Shown here: in pieces, positions 30,149 through 40,819 of the stretch
Layout: each line of letters starts with the position of its first letter
Position numbering within the stretch: the stretch's first letter is position 1
IMG/VR virus record: IMGVR_UViG_3300029258_003973
DNA: 64,000 nt
Origin: an uncultured virus (IMG/VR IMGVR_UViG_3300029258_003973)
Taxonomy: Duplodnaviria > Heunggongvirae > Uroviricota > Caudoviricetes
Reading direction: 5' to 3' (one strand)
The notes under the pieces: generated by a model
What the model saw: only the letters and a program-made list of their open reading frames with translations
What the model was told of the DNA's origin: nothing
The model's database searches: none
Translations under genes and position numbers: made by a program

Positions 30149-30941
30149 CAACTATGTAAATATAGACGGTGATATTGATCAGGTTACTCCATGGTATCTA
30201 GAACCATATGAACAATATGGTGATGATATTTCGTATAGAAGCGAATACCATAAGGGATATACTACTGTGGAGAAAGAGATACCTACTGTAAGCGGTGCTG
30301 TAATGAGTGACTCAGAGTACTGGGAATCAGCTCCATACTTGCAGTCAAAACTATCCACACACAACGTGTTCTGCACTTCCGTTGATCATTATTCCGGGTC
30401 TTTGGAGGCATTCATAAATGGTATAAAGGTAGATGATGCCCATGTTACAGACCTTGGAGACGCAAGCTTCTCTATATCACCGGATGCTGGGAATGGTTTT
30501 CTATATGTTTCATATGTACCTACGCCGGACAATTGTATGGGAGATAATTCTAGTGCATTGTCTTCCTCCAAGGTGGAAAGCGAATACCACGGAGGGACTG
30601 TAAGAATAGCAGATATAGTAAGATGTAGACAGGCTATAAATGCACTTCAGATATACTCGGAATATCCTTTGACAAACTGGATAGGAGGGGTAGGTAATAA
30701 CATAAAGTCAAGGGCGACAAATATCGTTAAGGGTAGAACCGGCATATATTCTGAGCATATTATAGAAATGCAAAATGCGCTTACTGAGTTGGCGGATCAT
30801 CTCGATGGGTTGTCTACAACTGATATAACCTCTGCTACGTTTACAGACGTAGTAGAGAGTGACAATTACAGTGTACAATGGATAGAAGAGATAAGGGCAG
30901 ATATAAACCGTCTAGAGTTGTATCTGATAGGCATATTATAG
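30123..30941 (+). CDS. Structural protein with three short helical repeats (272 aa; alternative start 30138)
   Basis: Repeats IADIVRCRQAINAL / SEHIIEMQNALTEL / VQWIEEIRADINRL. Confidence 0.6.
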   Translation: MQGIPMSYSNYVNIDGDIDQVTPWYLEPYEQYGDDISYRSEYHKGYTTVEKEIPTVSGAVMSDSEYWESAPYLQSKLSTHNVFCTSVDHYSGSLEAFINGIKVDDAHVTDLGDASFSISPDAGNGFLYVSYVPTPDNCMGDNSSALSSSKVESEYHGGTVRIADIVRCRQAINALQIYSEYPLTNWIGGVGNNIKSRATNIVKGRTGIYSEHIIEMQNALTELADHLDGLSTTDITSATFTDVVESDNYSVQWIEEIRADINRLELYLIGIL

Positions 30942-30950
30942 GAGACACTG

Positions 30951-32912
30951 ATGGAATTCAGGCTAAAACGAGCAGCTACCCCGTATGATATACCCCTAGC
31001 GTATATCTCTATGGTAGAGGTAAGCGCTAACAGTGTTATTCAAATACAGGACTTTTCTTCCTACTTAGATGGAAACGCGTCCGCCGCATTCAGAAGTATA
31101 AATACCTATCCTACAACTGGCAACAGGTTACTTACTGGGAACTATTTTGGGAAGATACTACTCACTGATGAATACTACTATGATAACGAAACTGGAAGTG
31201 AGATTGCCCTATGGTTTGCTCATCATCTAAAGACTCCATATTATAGCCCAAACGCTATGGCACGTACATCTACAAAGATTGTACGCACAGATAAAGTCCT
31301 GACTGACCGTATAGTTACAGGGTTAATACCGTCTTCCGGAAACTATGTGATAGCAACAGGGAGTGTTAAAGTATACAAGAAGAATACAAGTCTTTCCTCC
31401 TACGAGGAACTGGACCGAGACAGTTTCTATATGAACTATTCCATCGGGAGTCTTATAGTAGCTGAGGACGCTATGTACCACCTATCTGTACCAATACACT
31501 CTTTCAAGATAGAGTACATAATAGTACCTGTAGATATTATTGTTACAAGCCAATTGGGGGCACCTTATAGAATAGAACTCATCCAGATAAACCCTATGAG
31601 CTTGGAATATTTCAGTGCTAGTATACTCACAGTGGTGGATGAACAGTTATATGTCCAGTATAGAAGCAGACTGAATACCGGTTCTATAGGAGAGTCCAGG
31701 GAATATACCACGGCTGTTCCTATATTTGACGAGGTGGAAGAATCAGTCAGAAGCGAGATAACCTCTGATAGCACTTTTGATATTGATGCCAGAAGAGTAT
31801 ATAGTCTTGTGGACAATAGCATATATGTTACAGATGGTAACACTGACCATGAATTTACATACAAGCCTAAATATATCACTTCTACTCGTGTGAATGTGAA
31901 GAAACCCTACGTTGGAGACTTCACATCGGAATGGCAACTAAGAATATCAGCCGGAGACGTTTCCAACAGTGATGGAGAATATTCAGTTTCTCCCTCTGGC
32001 ACCGAGATAACTGTAAAGGAGCCAGCAAGGATTATAGATAAGAATACGATTGCTGTTTCAGGTACAGACCTAGCAGTTATGTTAAAAGCAGATGGGTCAT
32101 GGAGTGGGATCTACGCGACAAAGAGATCTAACGGTTTAGAGCTAGACATAGAAGCAGTAGATGCTAAACATGGCGTATTGATAATATCCCAGGATGTTTC
32201 CAGGAAAGAGATAATAGATGTTGAGTATTCTATGCATACTAATGATCTCATACTTAAGACTCCATGTGTAAGCCCTATGCCACATCATTCAGGAACACAT
32301 AGTGAGATGGAGAATAAAGCCGCTATATTATTCGTTATAGATAGTCGGAGGACCCCTCCAGAACGGCCAAACTCTATATATATAAAGTATATAAATAAGT
32401 TGTCTGGCAATAGGCCTGTTACATTTACTTATGCTATGCTAGACCAATGGTACAATAGTGATTCCCAAGTGGTGAGGAACGCCTATAGAAGTGACATGGG
32501 TCTTCCCTCGGACTATACGGGATCAGAACTTATAAGAATAGAGCCTTTAGCCATAGTCCAAACAGTAAATCCTCTTGACAGCGACGCATATGAAATAGGA
32601 GATATGAGGGTATTGGGAGGGGGTTATAGTGAAAGACAATACTCTTTTCATGATTATTCTCTCTACGATGGTGAGAATACAGACATGGAAAGTTCTCTGG
32701 TTATAGAAATACCACAGTGGGTTAAGGATGACTTGAAAGCCAGGGCCAAACTATGGGATATTGATGTATTAAAGAGCGATGCTGAAAGTCAAGATACCCA
32801 TGCCGAGGCTCGCGCTATGGAGATTATTAGAGAGAAAGTAAAGAAGTATTCTATGCTGGGTACTACACAGGAGATAGTTATTGGAACAAAGACGATTACA
32901 GATAACTCGTAG
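30951..32912 (+). CDS. Putative baseplate/tail structural protein (653 aa)
   Basis: Long ORF with AGGAG SD; beta-rich; C-terminal DMRVLGGG motif; within the structural operon. Confidence 0.6.
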   Translation: MEFRLKRAATPYDIPLAYISMVEVSANSVIQIQDFSSYLDGNASAAFRSINTYPTTGNRLLTGNYFGKILLTDEYYYDNETGSEIALWFAHHLKTPYYSPNAMARTSTKIVRTDKVLTDRIVTGLIPSSGNYVIATGSVKVYKKNTSLSSYEELDRDSFYMNYSIGSLIVAEDAMYHLSVPIHSFKIEYIIVPVDIIVTSQLGAPYRIELIQINPMSLEYFSASILTVVDEQLYVQYRSRLNTGSIGESREYTTAVPIFDEVEESVRSEITSDSTFDIDARRVYSLVDNSIYVTDGNTDHEFTYKPKYITSTRVNVKKPYVGDFTSEWQLRISAGDVSNSDGEYSVSPSGTEITVKEPARIIDKNTIAVSGTDLAVMLKADGSWSGIYATKRSNGLELDIEAVDAKHGVLIISQDVSRKEIIDVEYSMHTNDLILKTPCVSPMPHHSGTHSEMENKAAILFVIDSRRTPPERPNSIYIKYINKLSGNRPVTFTYAMLDQWYNSDSQVVRNAYRSDMGLPSDYTGSELIRIEPLAIVQTVNPLDSDAYEIGDMRVLGGGYSERQYSFHDYSLYDGENTDMESSLVIEIPQWVKDDLKARAKLWDIDVLKSDAESQDTHAEARAMEIIREKVKKYSMLGTTQEIVIGTKTITDNS

Positions 32913-35595
32913 AACCAGTAATGCTGCGAGAGAAATAATAGCTGATCTTATTAAGAAGGCTGTTGTCAATATACGTGGGGAATACCCGGATGAGATATTG
33001 AAAATAGTCAACAATTTCAGTTTTGATAAGAGCCATATCCCAGAGGGTGGGTTAAATATAGAATGTCTTTTCAGGGACAGGAACATAAATAATCTGCTGG
33101 AGCTCATATACATAGACCTATTAATACAATACAGGGATATATTTGACGCTCAGGACCATCTTAGGAATATAAAGAGGTCATTTGAAGCTTCAATCAACAC
33201 TAATGTTATAAAAGCAGCAGAGATAATGTCCAGGGCAGGTGAGTACAGAGAACTATCCCTGCGAAGATTTGAGTATACAGATATTCTTCACGAAAGTTTC
33301 AATAGTGCAAGAAACATGACACTCTCCGATTATCCTCTGGTTGTAAATAACGGTTCTGGTATTCTGAAACTGCAGGGGACTATAGAAGAATATGCTAAGC
33401 CAGCAACCTCTGATGTGTTTTTGAATGTCCAGTCCAATGATGTTCTTACTATAGATGAGTCCAGTAGTAGCTCGGCTTACAAAGACGACATGACTGATCC
33501 ATATTTTATAACGATGGCAGCTACTGACTTTCCAGACAATGATATAACCAGGGAATATGACTTTACATCATATGATGGAGTTATAGTAGACTTGGTAATA
33601 AGGTTCAACACAACACAGCCTGTAACCCGGGTTAGCTTCGTTCCGTTCTCAAATAAGAGCGTAGATATACCACAGGTGTACTATTCAAACGTCGTAAATG
33701 CTGACTGGGATTCTGGTGATTTCAAATACATTAAAGACATAGACATAGCCTATGATACTAATACAGTTGAGATCAATTTCGAACGAGTATATGCCAGAGA
33801 AGTACATGTTATTATACACCAAGAGGCTTATAACTTGGCCAGATCAGATGTAGAGATAGAAGAGACTCTGTCTGCTAGCGATTACGTGACTACTGTGGCA
33901 GATAACATGAAAGATATTCTCCCTGGTGGATTCCTTGAACCGATCAATCTGAACATGCAGATGACAGAACTAGTTAATGATGTGAGGGATAAGGCCTCCG
34001 TAGAAACTACCAAGCTTGCTCCCAACACCAAGGTGTACTCTGTAGGACTATGCAGTCTAGAGGTTTCAAACGTTTCATACTCGCATTTTGGGGAATATCT
34101 AGACTCTCCTCGGAAGTTAAACGGTAACCTTCATTCAATGAGCTATGTTCAGACTGATAATATGGAAGAGATGGAAGAGCTGACTACGTCCGGGATCATA
34201 GATATGTGTACCCTTATGTTCGTAAACGCAGGGGAGAATTCTATATATATGGGGGAAACCACTGACGATGGTAAAGCAATCGATGGAGCAGTTATAGAAC
34301 CAAATCTAGAGTATAGTGAGGGAACAACAGTCAGAAGTACCACTGTTCCTTATAAATTGACAACACATTTCTTACCAACAGATGAATTCACAGGATTCAG
34401 AATGTTTGCTGATGGTGAGGAACTCACCTTACCAGGCACAGAGGAGAAAGAAGTTAGTGATTATAATGCTACCATAAGCTTCCCTGCTTCTTTCGCTGAG
34501 GAGAACAATCTTCTAGAGGGAACTATAGTTACAATGGTGTATAATACCCCCTCTTACGATTACTTCGGGAACAGTTACTCTGTGGGGTCAGCGAACATGG
34601 AGAACAGAATAGGAAAGCCAAACATTGCTGTCAACTCGGCCTCAAATATAGATGATAACTTTCTATATGTTCCACTATCTGCCTCTGGAGCTATAAGCTA
34701 TGCTGAAGATGAGTATACCAAGGTAATGATCAGTGGTGAGATATTCTACCAAACCAGTGAGGATAAAGGACTGGAGATTGACGGGGAAACCATACTAAGC
34801 AACGGATCATCTTATTACATACACAACTCTGCGGCCGGCGGGCCATTTAGCAGCTTTTACTATGGATCACTGAGAGAAGTGCCGGAGGTTACATTATCAG
34901 GAGAGACGAATGAATTCGTCACAGAAGTACCATACATGAAAGGCACCCTGACAGTTTACTCAGAAGGTAAATTGGTTACCTCAGTGACGGAATATGCTAC
35001 TGATACAGTTGGAACCATAGTAGGAGACGAAGGCAAGAGAGAATTCTCTATACCCGGGACATATGATCCGTCTGGTATAACTGTTTGCTACGTACCGGTA
35101 TACCCGGAAGCTACTACAGATTATATAGGCTCCAATATAGCCCAGTATAATGCCACAGAGAAGTTTACCAAAACTACAGACATGAAGATAAGCCTAGCTA
35201 ACCACCCTCATATAGATAGTGACATAGTATCTTCAGATCTCTTTAACTTCTCTGATGGAGCGTTCTATCTAAAATGGAAGTACAGTGTAGTATATGAGCC
35301 TATTGCAGTATACATAAACGGTATTAAGGCAGTCAATATAACGAAATACCGAGAGGATATTCTAGCTAAACCCTCTTTTGGAAAATCCTACAGGGAAGAC
35401 GACTACCAATTCTACGTAGAGAATGGTAACACGTTGGTGTTTAATAAGGATATAGCTGGTACAATTCTTGTATATTATTATAAGTTCATAGATACAATCC
35501 AAACTGGAATAGAAATGTATAGGTCTAATTATAACAGGGATGACCTGAGTCCCGAGATATACAGCTATACTCTTCTGGAGAATATACAGGTATAA
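32881..35595 (+). CDS. Putative baseplate/tail structural protein (904 aa)
   Basis: TTG start with GGAG SD; N-terminal coiled coil then acidic beta-rich body; C-terminal SPEIYSYTL. Confidence 0.6.
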   Translation: MEQRRLQITRRTSNAAREIIADLIKKAVVNIRGEYPDEILKIVNNFSFDKSHIPEGGLNIECLFRDRNINNLLELIYIDLLIQYRDIFDAQDHLRNIKRSFEASINTNVIKAAEIMSRAGEYRELSLRRFEYTDILHESFNSARNMTLSDYPLVVNNGSGILKLQGTIEEYAKPATSDVFLNVQSNDVLTIDESSSSSAYKDDMTDPYFITMAATDFPDNDITREYDFTSYDGVIVDLVIRFNTTQPVTRVSFVPFSNKSVDIPQVYYSNVVNADWDSGDFKYIKDIDIAYDTNTVEINFERVYAREVHVIIHQEAYNLARSDVEIEETLSASDYVTTVADNMKDILPGGFLEPINLNMQMTELVNDVRDKASVETTKLAPNTKVYSVGLCSLEVSNVSYSHFGEYLDSPRKLNGNLHSMSYVQTDNMEEMEELTTSGIIDMCTLMFVNAGENSIYMGETTDDGKAIDGAVIEPNLEYSEGTTVRSTTVPYKLTTHFLPTDEFTGFRMFADGEELTLPGTEEKEVSDYNATISFPASFAEENNLLEGTIVTMVYNTPSYDYFGNSYSVGSANMENRIGKPNIAVNSASNIDDNFLYVPLSASGAISYAEDEYTKVMISGEIFYQTSEDKGLEIDGETILSNGSSYYIHNSAAGGPFSSFYYGSLREVPEVTLSGETNEFVTEVPYMKGTLTVYSEGKLVTSVTEYATDTVGTIVGDEGKREFSIPGTYDPSGITVCYVPVYPEATTDYIGSNIAQYNATEKFTKTTDMKISLANHPHIDSDIVSSDLFNFSDGAFYLKWKYSVVYEPIAVYINGIKAVNITKYREDILAKPSFGKSYREDDYQFYVENGNTLVFNKDIAGTILVYYYKFIDTIQTGIEMYRSNYNRDDLSPEIYSYTLLENIQV

Positions 35596-35597
35596 CT

Positions 35598-37427
35598 ATG
35601 TCATTACTAACAAGGAAAGAGAAAGCTGATCTAACCCGGACTGAAGAATACGTTAGGGAACGGATAGAAAGAACCATAAAGGGAATAAGTACAGGTGACG
35701 TCACCTTCCTTGATGAGATATACTATCTCATAGATGCGAGGGTAGAAGGCCTTGATAATATAGGAAATGTTGATGTACCATTTATAGATGATCAAACCCC
35801 AGTTGAAACATCATTATATAATACTCTCTCTGAGGACATCAGAGAACTTTCAGAGCTGAATATAGAGACCATCAAAGACGTCTTCGATGGTATGAATGAT
35901 GTTTACAATGATATATACTCAGCAGGAGAAAGCATAACTAACAGCTTGTCTTCCTGTAGCGAACTACTGAGTAAAGTTGAAGGCAATCTCAAGAGAAAGA
36001 TGAGCTTGGTTTCAGTCAAAGATGAGGTTACTGTTTTGGCCATGGATAATGCTATAAATATAGGTAGCAGTTTTGTTCCATCTACATCGGAAGACTCTGA
36101 AACAAGTAACGCGATATCTGCAGAAGAAGCAGGGGCCATATATTCCGGACTAGGAGATGCAACAGCTGAGGAAGTAGAAGAACAAGGCGAGAACAGTCTG
36201 ATAGTGGATCAGAACGGTGGTTTTATAACTCTAGATAGCGATAGCATTGAAATAATAGATTACTCCATTGATGATATAACATTCAATATGCCAAAGGGGA
36301 AGATATCCAAACCAAGAAGCAATATAGTAGATGCTAAAACCTTTGACTTTGTGCAAAATGGATATTTCAATAGCAGAATATTCTCAACGGATCCTGTATT
36401 TGAGAATCAGTATTCCTCTAGTACTAATGCTTTAACTGATGGAGACCTGGGTACAACATACCTAGCGGAATATAATTCTCTGAGTAGCAGAACTCCTCTT
36501 ATTATGAACATGATGCTAGATGTAACTGATAACAATGGAAATCCCAGGAGAGTGGACCATATACTAGTAGAACTTTCTCCTGGATATAGGACATCAATCC
36601 TATCTATGGATGTCAAAACACCAAAGCTATCAAAGTTATCAGTTGACCAAGTTGACGTTTCCTCTGAGGTTTTGGATAACAGTGTGTATATACAAGGGAC
36701 AAGAGTAGGAAATACTAGAAACAGAGGATTCAAGACAGCAGTAGGGACTACTTACCCGGTTGGCTCTTATCTTATAAGCAAGCCTAACGTGCGCAACATA
36801 TCTATAGGGATAACAGCAGATCTACCGGAAGATATATTCTACCCGGAGAAGGTTCTAAAGGGCCCAACTGGTAACATATTGAGAACAATGAACTATTTCG
36901 AAACCTTAATTCTTAATGGGTATGAGCCACCTACTGGGTGTCCCGATCCCCGGGACTTGTTCTCTATGTACCAGATATCTTCTCTTGAGGCAGAAGAGAA
37001 TGCTGCATACGAAACATATGACCAATCCATTGGTCTATATAGATACTTTATAGAAATTAGCGATATCACGCTATACTCAATTTCATATAAGACCAGCGGA
37101 AAGATTGTTATAGGGAACCTTAATCAGAATGTTGATAAGAAGGTAGCTAGTATAGAACTATACACTAATGAAACAATACCAGAAGGAACAACGATAAGAT
37201 ACTATATAAGCAGTGACAAGGTACAGTGGTATGAGATAAAACCAGTAAACAGGGCATCCAGTTCCGATCTACCAACTAGAATAGTATACACTAATATTTC
37301 CAGTAAAGATGGGGATCTGTTTGTTAACATAGATTCCTCTGGGGTGTATATGAAAATAGAGATGACTGGAGATGGTACCGTTACACCTAAGATAAAGGCA
37401 TATGCTGCCAGGATAAAGCTAGTATGA
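35598..37427 (+). CDS. Putative baseplate/tail structural protein (609 aa)
   Basis: Same architecture as neighbours; ALTDGDLGT and C-terminal TPKIKAYAARI. Confidence 0.6.
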   Translation: MSLLTRKEKADLTRTEEYVRERIERTIKGISTGDVTFLDEIYYLIDARVEGLDNIGNVDVPFIDDQTPVETSLYNTLSEDIRELSELNIETIKDVFDGMNDVYNDIYSAGESITNSLSSCSELLSKVEGNLKRKMSLVSVKDEVTVLAMDNAINIGSSFVPSTSEDSETSNAISAEEAGAIYSGLGDATAEEVEEQGENSLIVDQNGGFITLDSDSIEIIDYSIDDITFNMPKGKISKPRSNIVDAKTFDFVQNGYFNSRIFSTDPVFENQYSSSTNALTDGDLGTTYLAEYNSLSSRTPLIMNMMLDVTDNNGNPRRVDHILVELSPGYRTSILSMDVKTPKLSKLSVDQVDVSSEVLDNSVYIQGTRVGNTRNRGFKTAVGTTYPVGSYLISKPNVRNISIGITADLPEDIFYPEKVLKGPTGNILRTMNYFETLILNGYEPPTGCPDPRDLFSMYQISSLEAEENAAYETYDQSIGLYRYFIEISDITLYSISYKTSGKIVIGNLNQNVDKKVASIELYTNETIPEGTTIRYYISSDKVQWYEIKPVNRASSSDLPTRIVYTNISSKDGDLFVNIDSSGVYMKIEMTGDGTVTPKIKAYAARIKLV

Positions 37428-40024
37428 GAACCATAAGAGAAATACAGTTCGAGAAAGCCAAGGACCTATACAGGCGCCTGTTAACATTTAGGAATGAGAA
37501 ACCTGATATGTTAACTCTGGAAAGACTACTAAGGGAAATAGTACTATCTACTCAGAGAACTCCTATGAGTGGTAAGTACCGTTTACCTAGCAATGATACA
37601 GTTGACACCAATTCTCTCAATGTAGAACTTGGTCTTATCAAAGCTGATGCTGAAACAATATATACATTTCTGGATGAGATGCAAAAGCGCCTTCGTACGC
37701 TCCGCTACGTGGCTGATGTATGGAAACAGAACGCAAGGAACAAGGTAAACAGTGCTATGTTAACATTAGCAAAGCTTACCTCTCCTGTTTACATCCAGGG
37801 GTTTACTGAAGAGCTAAACACCTCTGAGATAGTATCCCAGGCTGATACAGACCTGGTTATAGATGAAGATGGTGCTATTTGCTTACCGATGATCACAAAC
37901 GAGTCAAAGCCTTACAAGCATTTGCCGTCCGATATATCTATAAGCAGGATAGGTACAAACCTAACGGCTACAGTTCTTGGTACCCCTACCAATATAGTGA
38001 ATCGTGCGGAGCGTGGTTCTGTTGTGATGAATCTTTCCGGTAACATAATAACGGAAGCGGGGTTCAAGATAGAGATCAAGACCGATACCCAAGATGTAAA
38101 CCTTATATACCTGCAGCTCGCTGATGTGAAGGCAGGAATAAAGGTAAAGGTCGAAGTGTCATCCAACTTAACTGATTTTACAACTGTTTATGATACTGTT
38201 ACAACTAGGGAACGTATAGATATACCCATTGAAGAGATGGATATCAAGAAGATTATAGTTTCCCTAACTATGGATGCTCCAAACATAGTACTAACAGATA
38301 ATGTACAGTATGAGTTTAAAGTAGAAAAGATCCTAATGATGAATGATAGAAGACATATGAGCGGGACCTTTCAGAGCTCAGCAATATCTGTAGAGGACGA
38401 CATTACTTCTATATCCCTGGTAACCGATGAAACTACTGTTGGCAATTGTACTATATCATACTATATGACATCAGAGGTAGACACTAATGGTGACCCTATT
38501 GCTTTTACATATATGGACACTAAGGAAGAAGGGTCATTCCTATCTTTGAGGTCGGGGACCTCAAAGACATACATAAACACTCCGGATGATTCACTCTTGT
38601 GGAAGCTCTCCATAATAAAGACTTTTGGTTCCCGGTTATACAACTTGCTCGAAATAATGACAGAGGGAGAGGAAACAGAGGATTATACTATAGAGAATGG
38701 AGCAGTTACTATAACCGATGGAAATCTTATACAGGATTCTATAAAACTCTACCGAGGAGTTGGAGACTATGTTAAACTAGAGAAAGACATAGTATTGGAG
38801 AGACACGTAGACTGGGTAGCGGTACTCCCAGACCTATATGATGAAATAGAGTGGGTGAAAAGGGTCCCATTAAGGTTTGTTGCAAACGAGTTAATAGAAG
38901 TTATAGGCAATGCCAATGGATCCTATTACAACCAGTTCACAGTACCATACACTGTATTAAACTACGAAGAGTTCCGGATAGTAAGAAGTGATGGAAAACA
39001 GGTAAACTCTTTGATAACAGACATATCGTTTGGGACTAGTACTACAACAATAACCCTAGCTGCCGCAACTGGTGCTACCATACTCGACCCAGCATATAAG
39101 TACCATGCTATGTATGCAGTATCTTTGAAAGAGTACTCAGAAGCTAACGATATGACTATAACCCTGGATACAGATAGCTTTGAAATAACAGCAGCTGGTT
39201 TGCCTCTTAGCTATGAAGTTGACTACTACATAGATGAAGACGAGCTGGAAATAGAACTATTGAAATCTGGTGTATACCAGGGGCAATATGGTGCTGACTA
39301 CTCAGATATCGATAATCCCGTGAACCTTAGTGAGCATATTAACATGAAGTACACATTCACTGCGGTTATAGAAGCAGAAACATCATACTACGAAACCTAT
39401 GTATATGTGAATTCCCCTACCGAAATTACAATTCTGCCATTCACCGCATCAGAGATAGCAGCTGGTAATTTCCATTCTATAAACGGAGAATATATAAGTG
39501 CTAGTCAATCCTATGTCCTGAAGAAGGGTTGGAATCAGATTGAGACCACACAGCCATTTCCATCACTCAATGAGTATGATACTAATGAAATAACATCAGC
39601 GGAGAGCAGTGCAGGTATAGTAATACCCGAGGATCTGGAGATGAGGGCATACATGGATAGTATGAGGCAAGTTCCCCCACATAGATTGGCTACCATGGAT
39701 ATAGAGGAAGGCTCAAAGTGCTTTGCCTATTCTGATGGGAGAATACTGGTAAACTTTGTGCCTTCTTTCCTTGATGAAGACTTTCTAGCTACAGAAACTA
39801 CATCGGATATGAAAGGAGAGAAGTTTCTCAATAAGAAAGCTTCCTATGGTACAAGCTATGAAAACCTAGGGTGGGTTTCGCTGCCAGAGAAGTTTGGTCT
39901 AGAGTTTGGATATACTGAGTCCGGAGATAACCAAGTGTTCATTAGGGCCACCATAGAGTGCGATGAACCCGGGGATTTTGGCAAAATACTAATGCTAGGT
40001 CTTAACAAATACAAGGAAATATAA
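37424..40024 (+). CDS. Putative baseplate/tail structural protein (866 aa)
   Basis: ATGA overlap; N-terminal coiled coil, beta-rich body, LKKGWNQI motif. Confidence 0.6.
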   Translation: MRTIREIQFEKAKDLYRRLLTFRNEKPDMLTLERLLREIVLSTQRTPMSGKYRLPSNDTVDTNSLNVELGLIKADAETIYTFLDEMQKRLRTLRYVADVWKQNARNKVNSAMLTLAKLTSPVYIQGFTEELNTSEIVSQADTDLVIDEDGAICLPMITNESKPYKHLPSDISISRIGTNLTATVLGTPTNIVNRAERGSVVMNLSGNIITEAGFKIEIKTDTQDVNLIYLQLADVKAGIKVKVEVSSNLTDFTTVYDTVTTRERIDIPIEEMDIKKIIVSLTMDAPNIVLTDNVQYEFKVEKILMMNDRRHMSGTFQSSAISVEDDITSISLVTDETTVGNCTISYYMTSEVDTNGDPIAFTYMDTKEEGSFLSLRSGTSKTYINTPDDSLLWKLSIIKTFGSRLYNLLEIMTEGEETEDYTIENGAVTITDGNLIQDSIKLYRGVGDYVKLEKDIVLERHVDWVAVLPDLYDEIEWVKRVPLRFVANELIEVIGNANGSYYNQFTVPYTVLNYEEFRIVRSDGKQVNSLITDISFGTSTTTITLAAATGATILDPAYKYHAMYAVSLKEYSEANDMTITLDTDSFEITAAGLPLSYEVDYYIDEDELEIELLKSGVYQGQYGADYSDIDNPVNLSEHINMKYTFTAVIEAETSYYETYVYVNSPTEITILPFTASEIAAGNFHSINGEYISASQSYVLKKGWNQIETTQPFPSLNEYDTNEITSAESSAGIVIPEDLEMRAYMDSMRQVPPHRLATMDIEEGSKCFAYSDGRILVNFVPSFLDEDFLATETTSDMKGEKFLNKKASYGTSYENLGWVSLPEKFGLEFGYTESGDNQVFIRATIECDEPGDFGKILMLGLNKYKEI

Positions 40025-40815
40025 TGATAATACTAGAAGACATTGCTGTGGATTATATAAACATACTTGGAGATCTATATCCTAGAATATCTATGATAGG
40101 TGGAGTAATACCTGGGTCATTCTACCCTGATGATTTCTTCTATTTGGAGAAGTTCGAGATTGATAGAAGTGATGCTATTAAAGTAGCTAACGCCGCTGCA
40201 GCTGAAGGAAGTCAGATAGTAATGTACTACGTTGGGGCACATATATTTATGTCATTAAGCCTGTTCAGCCTTGGAGGAGAAGACTTGGGTGTTTCTACAT
40301 ATTACGATATACAACCATCCATGGCTATAGGTGAAACAAGATTCATAGACTCCGACGCTGATATTGATACGTATATGTATATGTACAGAATCATATATAA
40401 GTCTGGATCAGATGTAGAGGCTAGCAGTTACGTATTGGCCGCCGAAGTTCCCTCTGGGATGGAAGCCGAGGAAGAATTAGCACTTCTTGCTGATGAATAT
40501 GCTTCTGGGTTTTCTCTTGTTGAGCGCCCTGGGTCCCTATTCAGAATAGGTAAAACACAGGAATCGTTGTACCGGGTAACTGGCAGTGGTATAATTGTCG
40601 AGAAGGGTACACCAATGGTTCATGCCACCCCCAGGTATCGTGGACCCATAGAACTTTCCAAGGAAAGAGCAAGACGGACAGCGATGATGGGGGCAAGAGA
40701 ATACCTTGATAGTGTTAGCACCGAGATGGAGGAAAACATAGAAGAATTACTAGATTCTCTTACAACTACTGGAAACACTCTTGTACAAAATATGACCAGG
40801 TACTCCGAGGATTAA
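40024..40815 (+). CDS. Hypothetical structural protein (263 aa)
   Basis: TAATG coupling; FIDSD...YMYRI (Fn3-like strand pattern); PRYRGPIE near the C-terminus. Confidence 0.55.
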   Translation: MIILEDIAVDYINILGDLYPRISMIGGVIPGSFYPDDFFYLEKFEIDRSDAIKVANAAAAEGSQIVMYYVGAHIFMSLSLFSLGGEDLGVSTYYDIQPSMAIGETRFIDSDADIDTYMYMYRIIYKSGSDVEASSYVLAAEVPSGMEAEEELALLADEYASGFSLVERPGSLFRIGKTQESLYRVTGSGIIVEKGTPMVHATPRYRGPIELSKERARRTAMMGAREYLDSVSTEMEENIEELLDSLTTTGNTLVQNMTRYSED

Positions 40816-40819
40816 AGCT

